From contig CM060732.1 in the NCBI GenBank assembly GCA_030704615.1, forward strand, positions 49,662,001 through 49,726,000: 64,000 nt of DNA, in the 5' to 3' direction. The position numbers were made by a program, and so were the translations under genes. The stretch is from Takakia lepidozioides (Eukaryota; Plantae; Bryophyta). Below the pieces are notes generated by a model that was given only the letters and a program-made list of their open reading frames with translations, did no database searches and was not told where the DNA came from. Shown piece by piece: positions 61,087-64,000 of the stretch (position 1 is its first letter; each line of letters opens with the position of its first letter).

Positions 61087-64000
61087 TTTCATGTTCACTG
61101 TGATGCTTCTGGAGAAGCACTAGGAGCAGTGTTAGCCCAGAATGTTACAGGAAATATAGATTCATCTGTGTACTATGCTAGCAGGTTGATGAACAGTGCT
61201 GAAAGGAACTATAGCACAACTGAAAGAGAAGCACTGGCAATGATTTATGCAGTCAAGAAATTCAGGCATTACCTATTTGGAAGAAAGTTTATGTTTTATG
61301 TGGATCACCAGGCTCTGATATATCTGGTGAACAAACCTTTGATAAGTGGAAGGATAACGAGGTGGTTAATAATCTTGCATGAGTTTGAGTTCGAAGTTGT
61401 TTACAAGCCTGGCCGTTTGCATCTTGTGGCAGATCATTTGTCACGACTAACAACAGGAGAGCCCGCCACAGGAGTAGACGACTAATTACCTGATGCGAGT
61501 TTATTTGCAATGGAGGTGCAGGGAAGTGCAGATGAATGGTTAGATTGGCAGTGGCCAATCAGATACTACCTTACTCATGGTCAGTGCCCACCTAGTTATG
61601 GTAAGGAGCAGAAGAAGAGCATTGCTATCAAGGCTAGGACCAGATGGAGTGCTGAAGCGATGCTTCTACCACCATGAAGTTAATAAAGTTTTGGAGGAAG
61701 TTCATAAAGGAGTGGCAGGAGGTCATTTTGGAGAAGAGACTACCAGCAGGAAAATACTACATGCAGGTTACTGGTGGCCTACTTTGTTCAAAGATGTACA
61801 CAAGTATTGTCAGAGTTGTGATGAATGTCAGAGGCTGGGACCTTTGCAGAGATCTGGGAAAATGTCTTTGCATCCTACAATGCCTACGGAACCATTTCAG
61901 AAATGGGGACTAGACTTTGTTGGACCAATTAACCCACCAGCCAAGAATACACAGAACAGATACATAATTACAGCCACTGATTATACTACAAAATGGGTGG
62001 AAGCTAAAGCTTTGAGGGACAACACAGCCAAGTCCACAACAAGGTTTCTGTATGAGAACATACTTACACGATTTGGCTGTCCCTTGGAATTTATCAGTGA
62101 TCAAGGAAGTCACTTCATTAATGAGACCATTGAATTGTTGACTAAAGAGTTCATGATTGTGCATAGGAAGAGTACAACATATTACCCACAGGGTAATGGG
62201 CAGGCAGAGGCTACCAACAAAATACTATGTATTATCTTGGCTAAGATAGTCAATGCAAAGAGAACGGATTGGGATACAAAGCTGCTGACAGCTTTGTGGT
62301 CATACAGGACCTCATATAAAGTCACTACTAAGTATACACCATTCCAATTAGTTTATGGTATGGAAGCCTTACTTCCAGTGGAATTCCTGTTACCTACCAT
62401 GAGAACGGAATGGGGAAAGAGAATGGAATTGCAAGATTCCATTAAAGTCAGGAAACATGAATTATACCATGTGGAAGAAGTACGTGCTGATGCGGCTGAT
62501 AATATGACCAGAATTCAGATGAAGAGGAAGGAACAGTTTGATGAAGGCAAGTTAAAGACTTTTAAGACGGGAGATTTGGTTCCATGGTTGCAGAAGAAGG
62601 GAAAGATTAAAGCTTCTAAGCTTAAATCACCATGGAAAGGACCTTATGTTATACAGAAGATGTATGATAACAACACCGCCATGTTACAAACCATGAACAA
62701 AGAGATGCTGGGAAGAGTCAATGCTAAGAAGTTGAAGGGGTACAGTGGTATCCATGACAAACCATTGCAGCATGATTTGCATGTTGAAAAGAAAAGCAGT
62801 CACGAGCTGCGCCAGTGTTACCAACGGAGTATGGAGCACTTATCGCTAGGCCGAGCATATATGACCAGGGCGGGCAGAATAAGCGAGACACAGCCTATCA
62901 CAGCCCATCACGACGTGACACAGCCTATCACAGCCCATAACGACGTGACACAACATATCACAGCCCAGCACGGCGCAACACAGCCTATCACGACCTACCA
63001 CAGTGCATCACAGTCTATCACAACTTACCACAGTGTATCACAGCCTATCACGGCATACCACAGTATGACACAGCCTATCACAGCTTAACACAGCCTACTA
63101 GGGTTACACAATCCATAGAATCAGTGACAGATGGACGCAGGATAACTTCAGTGAAATGGCCGGCGGAAGAAAGGACGGAAGCCAGTTTACAAAAGGACAC
63201 GTGGAAGTCAAGGCGCCACACACAGCTGAGAAAGAAGTGCAAGAACGGATGTCATCAAGAAAGGGGACAAGAATGGCCGTCAAAATACCTAATCAGTGCG
63301 TCAAATTGGATGAATGGCGGGCCCATTAATGAATACAGAAAAGGGGCAACAGAACAAACGGCAAGTACAGAAAAGCGAAATTCTTGTCACATGTGTTATC
63401 CTAGTGGACAGTCCAGCAGGGAAAGTCCACTAAAGAAAATTAAATCTAAAATCCAGTCACAGCGGTTACAGCCAATAGAAAGCCAGAGAAGGGATCAAGA
63501 AATTGGAGGGAAATTAAGCGCAAGAGTCGGCGTCGTTCTGAGTAACGGGCGTCTCGACGAGACAAACCATCAATGCTATAGCTTTGAAGCTATGGAGGAA
63601 CTAACAGACTATACGCTCGCAATATTACTTACGCAGTGGCATAGGGACGAAACAACAGAGCGGATCTTTTCTCTTGAGCGATGCTTGCAAGCCCCGCAGG
63701 CTTACAAGAAATTACCCATAGGTTTTGTGGCAACCATACGTTTATGCTTTGTGCACTACAGGCATTTCTTCAGTTGTTACAGCCAAAACATTTCTGTGGG
63801 TCTAGAATGAAGAGAGTGAGAGGAATGGAGGAAATCAGGGTGAAGAGCACCACAATTCTGCAGAAACAAACGATTGATACCCCACATGCGATACAGATAC
63901 TGAAGGAGCTGAGATTGCAAGGATTGCAAAGCAAAGATTGGACATTGCACCATAGACAGTACATGTTACAATTCTTGCAGAACTTTGAGCCAAGGACAGG
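61087..64000 (+). mobile_element. Ty3/gypsy copy 2 (RNase H, integrase, repeat array, start of 3' extra ORF), running off the window
   Basis: Sequence from 61087 is homologous to 57092 onward (offset ~3995). A 38-bp deletion relative to 57641-57678; integrase core otherwise open. Confidence 0.95.
62887..63096 (+). repeat. 30-bp tandem repeat array, about 7 copies
   Basis: CACAGCCTATCACAGCCCATCACGACGTGA-like units, expanded relative to copy 1. Confidence 0.9.

Overview
Eukaryotic nuclear DNA with spliceosomal introns. It most likely comes from a flagellated-sperm land plant, probably a moss-like bryophyte; this is inferred from the LRRC9 gene, a moss-style PLS-DYW PPR gene and the repeat families. 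Six host genes are present: an ABHD17-like hydrolase (+), an atypical RING-H2 protein (-), a plastid-type SAM methyltransferase (-), a large LRRC9 orthologue (+), intronless RPF2 (-), and a PLS-E-DYW RNA-editing PPR gene (+). LRRC9 looks damaged: it has an in-frame TAA, missing conserved segments and several LINE insertions. In the PPR gene a frameshift cuts off the DYW domain. There is also a SAR1 pseudogene fragment. The rest is a diverse transposon graveyard: hAT MITE and transposase relic, two PIF/Harbinger relics, non-autonomous Helitrons, tRNA-derived SINEs, at least three non-LTR retrotransposon families, a probable solo LTR, and a TTAA-flanked piggyBac-like MITE. From about 51.6 kb to the end lies a degenerate non-chromoviral Ty3/gypsy element with extra 5' and 3' ORFs, fused in tandem to a second related copy. 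All gene models and family assignments were made by eye without database searches.
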